A stretch of DNA of 32,407 nt from a virus (Duplodnaviria; Caudoviricetes): IMG/VR virus record IMGVR_UViG_3300025519_000061, positions 1 to 32,407 of that record; one strand, written 5' to 3'. Below the pieces are notes generated by a model. That model had not been told where the DNA came from and ran no database searches. It was given only the letters and a program-made list of their open reading frames with translations. The position numbers and the translations under genes are program-made. Shown in pieces: positions 1-8,042 of the stretch. The stretch's first letter is position 1; every line of letters starts with the position of its first letter.

Positions 1-273
1 TTAAATGCGATGCATAGCTTGGAAAATATCTTCCAGTTGGATATTGATTTTTAGATTTAGTTTTTCTCCAAGTTCATCCATCTCTTTTTGCAAGTTCTCT
101 AAATTAGCTCCCGTCATATCGACAATCATCATCATTGTAAAAAAACCTTGAAGGATGGTCTGGCTAATATCTAGAATGTTAATTTTATGATTGGAAAGGA
201 TCGTCGTAACATTGGCAATAATTCCGATCTGATCTTTTCCAATAACACTGACTACTGCACGTTTTTTTTCCAA
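1..273 (-). CDS. ACT-domain protein (UPF0237/GcvR-like), host gene, ~90 aa
   Basis: AVVSVIGKDQIGIIANVT...INILDISQT is an ACT signature. The likely start is TTG at 273 behind GGGGTG; the 146-aa ORF-track extension runs through the riboswitch. Confidence 0.85.
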   Translation of the reverse strand: MEKKRAVVSVIGKDQIGIIANVTTILSNHKINILDISQTILQGFFTMMMIVDMTGANLENLQKEMDELGEKLNLKINIQLEDIFQAMHRI

Positions 274-291
274 TTTTGTCACCCCATGTTT

Positions 292-320
292 AAAAAAATA
301 AGATTGGATAATTCCAATCT
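292..320 (-). terminator. Intrinsic terminator of the riboswitch expression platform
   Basis: AGATTGGA-ATTA-TCCAATCT followed by TATTTTTTT on the minus strand. Confidence 0.75.
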
Positions 321-351
321 CAAGACAGAATAACTTCGACAGATTGTTCCT

Positions 352-414
352 CTTCTGTCCTTTTGCCTGAGATTGTGAATCCGTCGGCGCCGGGATACCC
401 GGACTCTCCAGAAG
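352..414 (-). ncRNA. Glycine riboswitch, single aptamer
   Basis: CTTCTGGAGAG...CGCCGACGG...ATCTCAGGCAAAAGGACAGAAG matches glycine aptamer motifs (GGAGAG, CCGAAGG-like, CTCAGG, AAAAGGAC) with P1 CTTCTG/CAGAAG. Confidence 0.85.
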
Positions 415-989
415 TTGCTCCTTTTGTAGTGTTACCCACAAAATTCATCGCATTCGTTTTCACATGAATATAGTCATATTATCAATGAAACGGGGGATGG
501 TCAATAGCTAATCACCACGAAATTTTGTCAATTTAGATGGGATTGTTCTGCTTAATATCCGATGTGCTAGCAGACTATCAAATTTTTGAATTTGGTAGTT
601 GAATTTTTTGTATAAACTGAGGGAATATGGTGGATGTGACAAACTACTATTCAATGCTAAATGTCCTATAAATATCAAAAATACCTAGACTAGCGTATTC
701 CAAACTCTTTCTGATTAGCACTCAAAAGGGTTTACGGAAGAATTTGAGTCAAATATAGTGTTATCTAATTAATCAAGACACAGTGTGTTGTGGTTTGTGC
801 GATAGTTTATTTGAAAAAGGGACATTTTGGGTGGTTGCCTTTTCTATCTTCCCCTTCAAAATATGAAGTTTTGTAAATTTCTTGGCAGATCCGAATTACG
901 ACAAATTTCTTTTAATATCCCTGCATAAATTTAACCCTTTCAGCCTTTAGTTTGAAACTAGTTATTTCTAAAAATTGATACGAATATCC

Positions 990-1018
990 TTGCAAAATAT
1001 TTTTATTGGTTATATAAT
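990..1018 (+). promoter_or_regulatory. Sigma-A promoter of the tRNA
   Basis: TTGCAA-17 bp-TATAAT. Confidence 0.8.
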
Positions 1019-1047
1019 AATTTTTGTCAGCGTTATAAAAAGAGTAC

Positions 1048-1120
1048 GGGGCATTAGCACAGCTGGGAGTGCGCTACGCTGGCAGCGTAGAGGTCACCGG
1101 TTCGAGCCCGGTATGCTCCA
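1048..1120 (+). tRNA. tRNA-Ala(GGC), CCA not encoded
   Basis: Acceptor stem GGGGCAT/ATGCTCC with G3:U70, D arm GCAC/GTGC, anticodon stem CTACG/CGTAG with loop CT-GGC-AG, T arm ACCGG-TTCGAGC-CCGGT; followed by TCA. Confidence 0.97.
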
Positions 1121-1126
1121 TCAAAC

Positions 1127-1164
1127 AACCCTAGAGCCATCAAGGTTTTAGGGTTTTTATTTTT
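1127..1164 (+). terminator. Terminator after tRNA-Ala
   Basis: AACCCTAGAGCC-ATCAA-GGTTTTAGGGTT followed by a T tract. Confidence 0.8.
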
Positions 1165-1185
1165 AAATTAACTTTTGTAGAAATA

Positions 1186-1227
1186 ACGAATTGTTGACGA
1201 ATTGTTGACGAAATTAAATTTCGTCAA
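1186..1227. repeat. Tandem 11-bp repeats plus an 11-bp inverted repeat, probable integrase arm-type sites
   Basis: ACGAATTGTTG x2 + ACGAA (1186-1212); TTGACGAAATT-A-AATTTCGTCAA (1205-1227). Confidence 0.6.
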
Positions 1228-1276
1228 ATGTAAACACTTCAATTGCATTTTAGCTCCTTAGTGGTGGTCTTCTTAT

Positions 1277-1323
1277 AAAAAAATGGCACTCTTAATGGAA
1301 AAATGCCCTTTTTTTAAGGGCAT
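1277..1323 (-). terminator. Terminator of the two-gene accessory operon
   Basis: ATGCCCTT-N5-AAGGGCAT-TTTT, with an overlapping GGCATT...AGTGCC-ATTTTTTT hairpin. Confidence 0.65.
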
Positions 1324-1358
1324 TAATACTACATCAAAAATCAACTTTAATATTTATT

Positions 1359-1856
1359 TTAAGGTGCTTCATTAATTTTAGGTTTAACAGCTTTATTTTC
1401 CGTTTTATCAGAGGAAGATTCATTTAATACATTAGTTAATATTTTTAGTGATATTTTTAAAATTCGATAGGACGAGAAAATAACAAAAGAGAACAAAGAT
1501 ATGTAGATAACTACTAATAAATTTGAGAAATTTCCCTTATAATCAAGAAAAATAAATAAAATTATCGAAAAAACCACTAAGAATAATCCACCTATTACAG
1601 TTTCAGCAATATAAGAAGTTAACAATCCATTTCCGCCTGCCTCATTTATATTTTTCATTACCTCTGAATTTGTTAAGGAAATAAAGATCGATACCATAGT
1701 ACTTAAAAATGCAATAATAATTGCTGAAAATGTAACAGTTGCAGATAATATTTCTTTAAAATTCTCAATGTCATTAATTTCCAATCGAAATATATAAATG
1801 ATAAAACCTAAAAAGATACTGATTATATATGGGTAGGTTCTTTCGATGATTCTCAC
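1359..1856 (-). CDS. Membrane protein with ~4 TM helices (RexB/KwaA-like effector candidate)
   Basis: 165-aa ORF with four hydrophobic segments, GGAGGTG RBS and GTG start. Confidence 0.8.
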   Translation of the reverse strand: MRIIERTYPYIISIFLGFIIYIFRLEINDIENFKEILSATVTFSAIIIAFLSTMVSIFISLTNSEVMKNINEAGGNGLLTSYIAETVIGGLFLVVFSIILFIFLDYKGNFSNLLVVIYISLFSFVIFSSYRILKISLKILTNVLNESSSDKTENKAVKPKINEAP

Positions 1857-1873
1857 TAATAAACACCTCCATT

Positions 1874-2788
1874 TTATACATAAGTGTAATTAATTTCCTC
1901 AACTCTCTTTCTATATAATGTATGCATTCGACTTATCACAGTTTCATGAAGAATATTTCTGGCTTGTGTATCAAAATCAGATTCCTTAAATTGATAGTAA
2001 TCTACCAATCTATGTTGAATTAAATCAACCGGTTCGACACTTGAATTTTCATCAGCTTTTCTTCTAACTTCTAATTTTTGCACGTTGGGATCATTAACCA
2101 TTTCTTCTATTTCCTCATATATTGGAATTCTGCTTGATTTCTTAGAACCCTTTGGCTCAATACTAATTTTAAATCGTATGTTTACAGACTCCTTTATATC
2201 ATCTGCTTTATCTAAAATTTGACCTAGTGACTTTTTAGTTGTAGTTCTTGCGTTTTTTATATCTGAAATCGATATTTCTGCACTTCTAATTAGATGGTCT
2301 TTTCTTAATAATTCAACTGCTCTTGGGTGAATCAGTGGCCTAAAAATCACGTTAAAACCTGGTTCATTTATCACAGAAGTAAAATAATTTGATACGGCCG
2401 TTGGAGAAAGGCTAAACCTATTCCTCCTCATCATAATAATGTAGTTTGACGGATCATATAATGCTGATATCTCTTCTCCTAATCCCTCATCATCCTCGAA
2501 ATCCTCAAAATAACTATATGTACCATCATCCTTAGTGATTATTGGGAAATCACTTTTACGAATTCGAACAAAATGAAGATTCCACTTATCATTTATACAT
2601 TCAAGATTTTGCAATCTTGCTTGATCATCTCCCATCCAATATACCCTTTCAGTTACTTGAATTCCTTGCAATTGCCTAAAAAGATCAGATAAATCACATG
2701 GTATCTCCTCAACTACTTCCTTTTCTTTATTGTATCTGGTAGCATAAACTTTAAAATAATCAAATCTTACATTTTTACTTAATGCCAT
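1874..2788 (-). CDS. Soluble ~304-aa protein, DUF6731-like by recollection (RexA-like sensor candidate)
   Basis: N-terminal VRFDYFKV and EGLGEEISALYD...MRRNRFSLS motifs. The start is moved to ATG 2788 behind GAGGGG. The family call is tentative. Confidence 0.7.
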   Translation of the reverse strand: MALSKNVRFDYFKVYATRYNKEKEVVEEIPCDLSDLFRQLQGIQVTERVYWMGDDQARLQNLECINDKWNLHFVRIRKSDFPIITKDDGTYSYFEDFEDDEGLGEEISALYDPSNYIIMMRRNRFSLSPTAVSNYFTSVINEPGFNVIFRPLIHPRAVELLRKDHLIRSAEISISDIKNARTTTKKSLGQILDKADDIKESVNIRFKISIEPKGSKKSSRIPIYEEIEEMVNDPNVQKLEVRRKADENSSVEPVDLIQHRLVDYYQFKESDFDTQARNILHETVISRMHTLYRKRVEEINYTYV

Positions 2789-2831
2789 TACATTCATCCC
2801 CTCATTGTTATTAAGATAGTTCACTAGACAT

Positions 2832-2860
2832 ATTCTACAAATAGGGGACTAATTTCCTTC
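2832..2860 (-). promoter_or_regulatory. Sigma-H-type promoter of the accessory operon
   Basis: GAAGGAAATT...GTAGAAT; the 19-nt AGGA-GAAT spacing is slightly long. Confidence 0.5.
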
Positions 2861-2925
2861 TTTTTTACAAACCTGTCACAATTTTGCAACACCCTCCCTA
2901 ACCAATCAGCTAGGGAGTTGTTTTT

Positions 2926-3837
2926 TTAATCCACATCTTTTTTATAAACCCACGAAACTATATCTTTAAGCAGCACCATATCGCTTTTTACTTGTTGGAT
3001 AGTGTAAGTGTTACCTTTAACCCAGCTAGGGATAGACTGACCTGTCGCATACTTAGATGCTGATTTTTTAATTTTAACCTTTTGGCCAACTTTAAAATCC
3101 TTAGGTTTGGATCCAGTCACTTTTAAAACTTGGCCAGGATAGATCGTATCACTAGTTAATCCGTTTAGAGATTTTAACTCGTTGACCGTCATTCCGTATT
3201 TTTGACTGATCCCCCATAGCGTATCGCCGGATTTGACTTTATACGTGCCACCTGCTTGTGGTTCTGGTGCAGGTTTTGATTGCGTTTTTTGCTTTAGCCC
3301 AAAGGCTTTTTCAAGTCCATTGACATGACCTTGGGCTATCCGGTCAATCCATGAGCTCTGTTTTAATTTTGCTGCATCCTTGGCATTATCGATAAAAAGA
3401 TTTTCTGTCAATATAGCAGGCATACTTGATTCTCTTACCATGTGGAGATTCGCTTCTTTCTCACCACGGTTAACGACTTCATTCCCTAATGCCTGGATCA
3501 CTTGGCCGTGAATAATGCTTCGTAACCGATTGGTTTCTTGTTTTCCGCTGTATGCTTTGTTATACGTGTACGATTCAAACCCTGTTCCGCCGCCTGCGTT
3601 AATGTGGACGCTAATTAGGTAGTTAGCACCCCAAGCATTCGCCATGTCTGTACGTTGTTTTAATGCTAGTGTTTTGTCAGTATCACGACTTAACTTGACC
3701 TCTACACCTTTGTAATTGGCTAATTTAGCTTTAATTTTTTTGGAGATTGCTAACGTTAAGTTCTTTTCTTTTAAACCATTTCCAACAGCCCCAGAGTCCG
3801 AACCACCGTGTCCTGGATCAATGAATATTTTAACCAT
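2926..3837 (-). CDS. Endolysin: Amidase_3 N-acetylmuramoyl-L-alanine amidase, LysM and a C-terminal SH3-like domain
   Basis: IFIDPGHGG, E, SVHINA and ILTENLF zinc-amidase motifs; YKVKSGDTLWGISQKYG LysM. Confidence 0.95.
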   Translation of the reverse strand: MVKIFIDPGHGGSDSGAVGNGLKEKNLTLAISKKIKAKLANYKGVEVKLSRDTDKTLALKQRTDMANAWGANYLISVHINAGGGTGFESYTYNKAYSGKQETNRLRSIIHGQVIQALGNEVVNRGEKEANLHMVRESSMPAILTENLFIDNAKDAAKLKQSSWIDRIAQGHVNGLEKAFGLKQKTQSKPAPEPQAGGTYKVKSGDTLWGISQKYGMTVNELKSLNGLTSDTIYPGQVLKVTGSKPKDFKVGQKVKIKKSASKYATGQSIPSWVKGNTYTIQQVKSDMVLLKDIVSWVYKKDVD

Positions 3838-4097
3838 TATTTTTCATCCTCCTTTTTAAGATTTCTTACCATTTCAAAGGAACCGGTACTTGCCAAACCA
3901 CTTGCTAGACCACCGAGTAAAATCTGTGGGGTTAATGACCATGCATTTAACCAAACATTGAGTAAAACCCCTAACACAGCCATGATTAATGGTATATACT
4001 TGTTTGGCACAAAATCTAAGCTGTTTTTAATGATGTAGCCAAAACATAGACAAATGGCAGCAACTAAAACTACTACGTAATCTACTAAAATTTCCAT
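3837..4097 (-). CDS. Holin
   Basis: Hydrophobic ~86 aa with PNKYIPLI and GLASGLASTG motifs and a basic tail; AGGAG RBS; abuts the lysin. Confidence 0.85.
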   Translation of the reverse strand: MEILVDYVVVLVAAICLCFGYIIKNSLDFVPNKYIPLIMAVLGVLLNVWLNAWSLTPQILLGGLASGLASTGSFEMVRNLKKEDEK

Positions 4098-4137
4098 CAA
4101 TGTTTCTCTCCTTTTTAATTTGTTTATATAAAAACGA

Positions 4138-4356
4138 TTACCGTGGCGGCAATCGCTCTTCAATGTCATCAAGTTTTGTGATGACAATGTCGTACTTCGT
4201 GCTAAAGTTTTTCAAAATCTCGTTTTGATCATCAATGACTTGATTTAACTTCTTCTCACGTTCCTGTGCCTCCTTTCTACTCGAGTAAAAAAGCCAAACA
4301 AAAAGGACCGCGAACGGCCCTTGTGTCACAAAATATTGAATTAAATTTGCGTCCAT
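4138..4356 (-). CDS. BhlA/UviB-family holin-like protein
   Basis: QGPFAVLFVWL...KEAQEREKKL signature. The start is at 4356 or 4371. Confidence 0.85.
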   Translation of the reverse strand: MDANLIQYFVTQGPFAVLFVWLFYSSRKEAQEREKKLNQVIDDQNEILKNFSTKYDIVITKLDDIEERLPPR

Positions 4357-4391
4357 AATCACACCGTCCATTAAATCAATTTAAGTAAAAC

Positions 4392-4419
4392 AAAAAAGAG
4401 CAACCACAAAAGGATGCTC
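4392..4419 (-). terminator. Intrinsic terminator upstream of the lysis cassette
   Basis: GAGCATCC-TTTTGT-GGTTGCTC followed by TTTTTT. Confidence 0.65.
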
Positions 4420-4470
4420 AGGAAAAATCCGTTTTTTAGTCCTTTGAAAAAGTCCATAAAATCACTCCGA

Positions 4471-4500
4471 AATTAAAGCACCCCGAAGGATGCTTTAATT
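4471..4500 (-). terminator. Terminator of the 67-aa moron
   Basis: AATTAAAGCATCC-TTCG-GGGTGCTTTAATT. Confidence 0.75.
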
Positions 4501-4502
4501 AA

Positions 4503-4706
4503 TTATTTTTCTTTTAAAATTATTGTTACTGAATACCCAGATGGAGTATCTTCAAAAATTTTTTCGTCAATTCTGTAATATCTTCCTTCCGAACCAACCA
4601 TAGAGCTGTTTACTAATGCATTTAATTCTAACTGGCTTAATTCTAATCGCTTGGTATCTAACTCATGATCATCAGGATAAATCAAATCTACTTTTATTTT
4701 GTCCAT
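4503..4706 (-). CDS. Small accessory (moron) protein, 67 aa
   Basis: GGGAGG RBS, own promoter and terminator. Confidence 0.75.
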   Translation of the reverse strand: MDKIKVDLIYPDDHELDTKRLELSQLELNALVNSSMVGSEGRYYRIDEKIFEDTPSGYSVTIILKEK

Positions 4707-4735
4707 GTGTAAAAACCTCCCTTTCTACCTACTAA

Positions 4736-4762
4736 ATTCGACAAAAAAGGAGGAAATCCTTT
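4736..4762 (-). promoter_or_regulatory. Sigma-H-type promoter
   Basis: AAAGGATTT-CCTCCTTTTTT-GTCGAAT (AGGA-17-GAAT). Confidence 0.7.
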
Positions 4763-4772
4763 TTCTTGTATA

Positions 4773-4803
4773 TAAAATAAGTGTCCATTTTATGTGGACA
4801 CTT
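4773..4803 (-). terminator. Hairpin/terminator after the tail-spike region
   Basis: Perfect 9-bp inverted repeat AAGTGTCCA/TGGACACTT followed by ATTTT. Confidence 0.65.
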
Positions 4804-4817
4804 CTTACTATTTTTCA

Positions 4818-6208
4818 CTAGATTACGTCAGTAATATTAAGCCCGTCAGGGATGTACGTGCCTCTAAATGCTTGCAATACAATTTCCATGTCATCTCCTG
4901 AATATACAGAATAGGTGTCCTTGCCACCACCATTACAATTTACTAACACTAGTTTACCTTTGGTTGTGGCACCGTCATTATCTGCTCTAAATGCAGATCT
5001 TTGAATCTGGTTATTGGCTAACCCGTCTTGCGCGGTACAATCATAGTATACAGATAAACAACCATTCGCGTCATTAACAACAGGACCTGTGCTTTCGAAG
5101 TACAAGCCATAAACTCTTAAAACACAAATACCGTCGTGTGCTGTGGAGCAATTAGCTGTCCTAGTAGTAGAAAATTTACCGTGTCGATAACTTGTACAGT
5201 TATATTCGACGACTAAACACTTTCTTCTATCTTCCGAAGAAACACTGCTGTAGTGATAATTAAACCCATCCTCTCCACCATACGCCGCAATACAACTAAA
5301 CAAAAATATATTCTTTACATTTTTGAAAGATATCGCATTTATTTCATTGTTTCTATTAATTCTTAAATCTCCGCCTGCAAAAACAGAATTATTCGCAATA
5401 AAAGTTCCTGACACCCCACCCGTAGTACTAGCTGTAATAACCATTGAATCTGTGCTTCTACCATGTAAAATAATACAATTTTCAACATATAGTTCGGCAT
5501 TATTTATTAATGTTGGTTCGAAATGTGCGCTTGATACATTAATGGCATAGTTTGCGTCATTTGGAGGCTGTTCGTCCCATGTGTGAATATAAACATAATC
5601 GTTATCAAAGTACCAAGTACCTTTTTCGCTATGGCATTCCGCAAGCGAAATTTTGTTTTCTAAAGGTATTGGTACGCCGTATTCATCTTTATGGCGCAAA
5701 TCAAATACCGAGTAAACCCCAACGTAAGCTGTTTTCCATGTGCCAGTTTCATCCTGTTCCCAATTTAGCCCGGGATAATGACTAGTGATATACACTTTTT
5801 CATCAGGGTTAGCAGGCATATAGCAATAGTTTTCCCGTTTATAGTGCGGTTTCTAACACCTCTTATTACGTGCGGACTAAGACACTTTATTACAAATTTA
5901 TTACCTGGTCGTGCCATTGCTTCATCCACTGCATAATACATATCTAGGTATGGTTTTTCTCTCGAACCGTCACCTGTGGAATTACTACCGTTATTTGAAA
6001 TAAAAATTTCTTCCCCGTCTCTATACTTCTCAAAGTTAAAATCATGATGAATCTTACCATCGTTTTTTCTGATAATATTAAAAGGCAAAGGAGCAAATCC
6101 ATCTGTCGTTTTTAACATGAAACCTAATGAACGTTTTAAATCTTCTAAGGTTGCTTTTTCTGCCAGTTGTGTTGTAACCGACTCATATTCTTGGTCTATT
6201 TCTTCCGT
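4818..6208 (-). pseudogene. Orphan tail-spike C-terminal module (right-handed beta-helix, depolymerase-like); no RBS or start at its 5' end; frameshift near 5820
   Basis: The frame opens at 6208 as TEEIDQEYESVTTQLAEK... and contains IFISNNGSNSTGDGSREKPY. One missing base at GCT AT^ATG CCT joins ORFs 5765-6118 and 4818-5819, which carries EDGFNYH and NCSTAHDG rungs. Confidence 0.7.
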
Positions 6209-6220
6209 TTACGCTATTAA

Positions 6221-7969
6221 TTAAAATTTAGTTCCAGGGTAGTCTTCCGTTATTGTTCCAGTCTCCACCTCTCTCCAATGTTCAAACGCTCTCACATCAT
6301 CAGTAGGTGTAAACTTAATTAATATCCTTTGTCCTCTCATTTGTAGTGTTCCTGATGTCGTTTTCCAATAAAATTTAATTTTTACAGGATTCGCAAACTG
6401 ATTAGTAGGAACAATTACCTTACCTGCATACATCAAATTTGCTTCGGTTCTTCTACCGCCGTCAACCATTACTTCAGTGTTGTATTGTTGGGTTGGCAAG
6501 TCAAGATGATTCGCACCACCTGTTCCACCACTAGTACTATAACGTTCATTACGATTTTGTTCGATTGAACAAGAAAAATAATTAATCGAATTAGGATCTT
6601 CATTAATGTGATTAAATATTGCATGAATTTCTATTAAGCCATGTACAGCAGGATAAAAAGTATACGTGTATTCACTTATTTCTTCCCAAGATGTTGACGT
6701 AGTGGACTTTGGAGGATGGACTCCGCCTGTTAATTTACCTGTCATTAATATTACTTTTGGTTCGCTTACTTTTTCGTATTTAATATTATTGCATAATGTA
6801 GCTTGTACAATCATATTCCCAAAAAATTCTACCATTCTTGTAATATCAGGTATAGATTCAACAGGATCAAACGCACCTCTTACCCATTCGGTCGAAGCAG
6901 TGATCATTCCAAAATTTTCGGCTGCATAGTTAAAATCAGTTGCTTCGGGTATAACGTCTATCATAGTATCGGGTTTTACTGGTGCTAAAGCATGCATTAT
7001 TTGAGCATAAAGATTCCCCATCGAATTATTGTGTATAGGTATTGCTGTATACATTTGATGCGAATCTTGTTTGGTGTCTGTATTGTGAAAATCCATGTAC
7101 AAATGAGCATCAGGATAACTTTCAAAAACTGTTTTCAACGCAATTGTTTCCGGTTCAGAGAAAGGTGCTGGACCACCATGCTCATTACCTGTCCAATTGT
7201 AATCAAAGTTTCGGTTAATATCTACACCGTTTGAGTTATATCTATCATGATTATTCAATGCCCACGGGTTTATAATTGGAACTACCACGATTCTTACGTT
7301 ATTACGCATGTATGCCATTTGTGGGTATTTGTCGTAGTCATAGCAGATGTGATGCATCACTCGCAAAAGTCCTCTAAATCCTAGTAGTTCTGACCCATGT
7401 ATTAAACTGCTCAAAATGATCGTTTTTTCGTATTTTTCAGGTTCAAAAACATATTTATAAATATCAAATTGACCTGAGGCATCTTTACTTAAAAATGTCT
7501 TTGTAATGTACTCAGGATAATCATTCATTAGAGCGTCATATTTTGCATAATAGGCACTAGTAGTTGCTCCGCCACCACCAGGAGCAATTTCACCTGCCGA
7601 TGGCTGGGTAGGTGCTTTCCATAGATCATGTGGACTGCCACTAAAAATGATAGTTTTTTCCAACTGCGCATCAACTTTATCCATTCGTTTTCCGATTGTT
7701 GTATATGATTGTCCGTCGTATCCGGACACTCTTGCGTCAACAACTTCGGCAGCACTCGGATTTTCGAGTGACATATTCGCAATCTGCTCATCGTATTTTT
7801 TCGCTAGGCTTGCTTGTTTTGTTTCAGTTGATTGACTCCTAGAGTTTGCTTCATCAGCTATATTTCCAGCTTCTTCAATTCCAGAAGCCAATGATTCCCG
7901 GACTTCTCGTCCGTATATTTTTGTGCGGATGTCATCAGCTAATTGTTTTATTTTCGTTGGTATTGCCAT
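6221..7969 (-). CDS. Tail spike/receptor-binding protein: N-terminal anchor, M14 zinc carboxypeptidase domain and beta-rich C-terminus
   Basis: N-terminal IRTKIYGREVRESLASGIE and EVVDAR tail motifs; HGSE, NSNGVDINRNFD, SEPET and DFH M14 motifs. Confidence 0.85.
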   Translation of the reverse strand: MAIPTKIKQLADDIRTKIYGREVRESLASGIEEAGNIADEANSRSQSTETKQASLAKKYDEQIANMSLENPSAAEVVDARVSGYDGQSYTTIGKRMDKVDAQLEKTIIFSGSPHDLWKAPTQPSAGEIAPGGGGATTSAYYAKYDALMNDYPEYITKTFLSKDASGQFDIYKYVFEPEKYEKTIILSSLIHGSELLGFRGLLRVMHHICYDYDKYPQMAYMRNNVRIVVVPIINPWALNNHDRYNSNGVDINRNFDYNWTGNEHGGPAPFSEPETIALKTVFESYPDAHLYMDFHNTDTKQDSHQMYTAIPIHNNSMGNLYAQIMHALAPVKPDTMIDVIPEATDFNYAAENFGMITASTEWVRGAFDPVESIPDITRMVEFFGNMIVQATLCNNIKYEKVSEPKVILMTGKLTGGVHPPKSTTSTSWEEISEYTYTFYPAVHGLIEIHAIFNHINEDPNSINYFSCSIEQNRNERYSTSGGTGGANHLDLPTQQYNTEVMVDGGRRTEANLMYAGKVIVPTNQFANPVKIKFYWKTTSGTLQMRGQRILIKFTPTDDVRAFEHWREVETGTITEDYPGTKF

Positions 7970-8042
7970 TTTTTATGACCTCCTTCAAAAGTTGCTCGCT
8001 TAACTCTTTGATTTTCTGTGCTAAATCGCTTATTTTAGCCAT
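7935..8042 (-). CDS. 35-aa ORF MAKISDLAQKIK..., possible relic spike N-terminus
   Basis: ATG overlaps the Tal stop, GAAGGTG RBS; overlaps the start of the spike gene. Confidence 0.35.
   Translation of the reverse strand: MAKISDLAQKIKELSEQLLKEVIKNGNTNENKTIS

Noticed and set aside
274-441. N-terminal extension of the 146-aa ORF
   Set aside because: It overlaps the riboswitch and terminator; the ACT domain and RBS indicate a start at 273.
480-960. Long host intergenic region
   Set aside because: No convincing ORF, repeat or RNA structure seen.
1186-1227. Possible CRISPR array
   Set aside because: 11-bp tandem units with no spacers and no cas genes.
1359-2788. Firm assignment to Kiwa
   Set aside because: The gene order is reversed relative to kwaAB and I cannot recognise DUF4868 by eye; kept as Rex-like and unassigned.
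4818-7969. Diversity-generating retroelement or invertible shufflon at the tail locus
   Set aside because: No reverse transcriptase, no TR/VR pair, and no inverted cassettes or adjacent invertase; both modules are in direct orientation.
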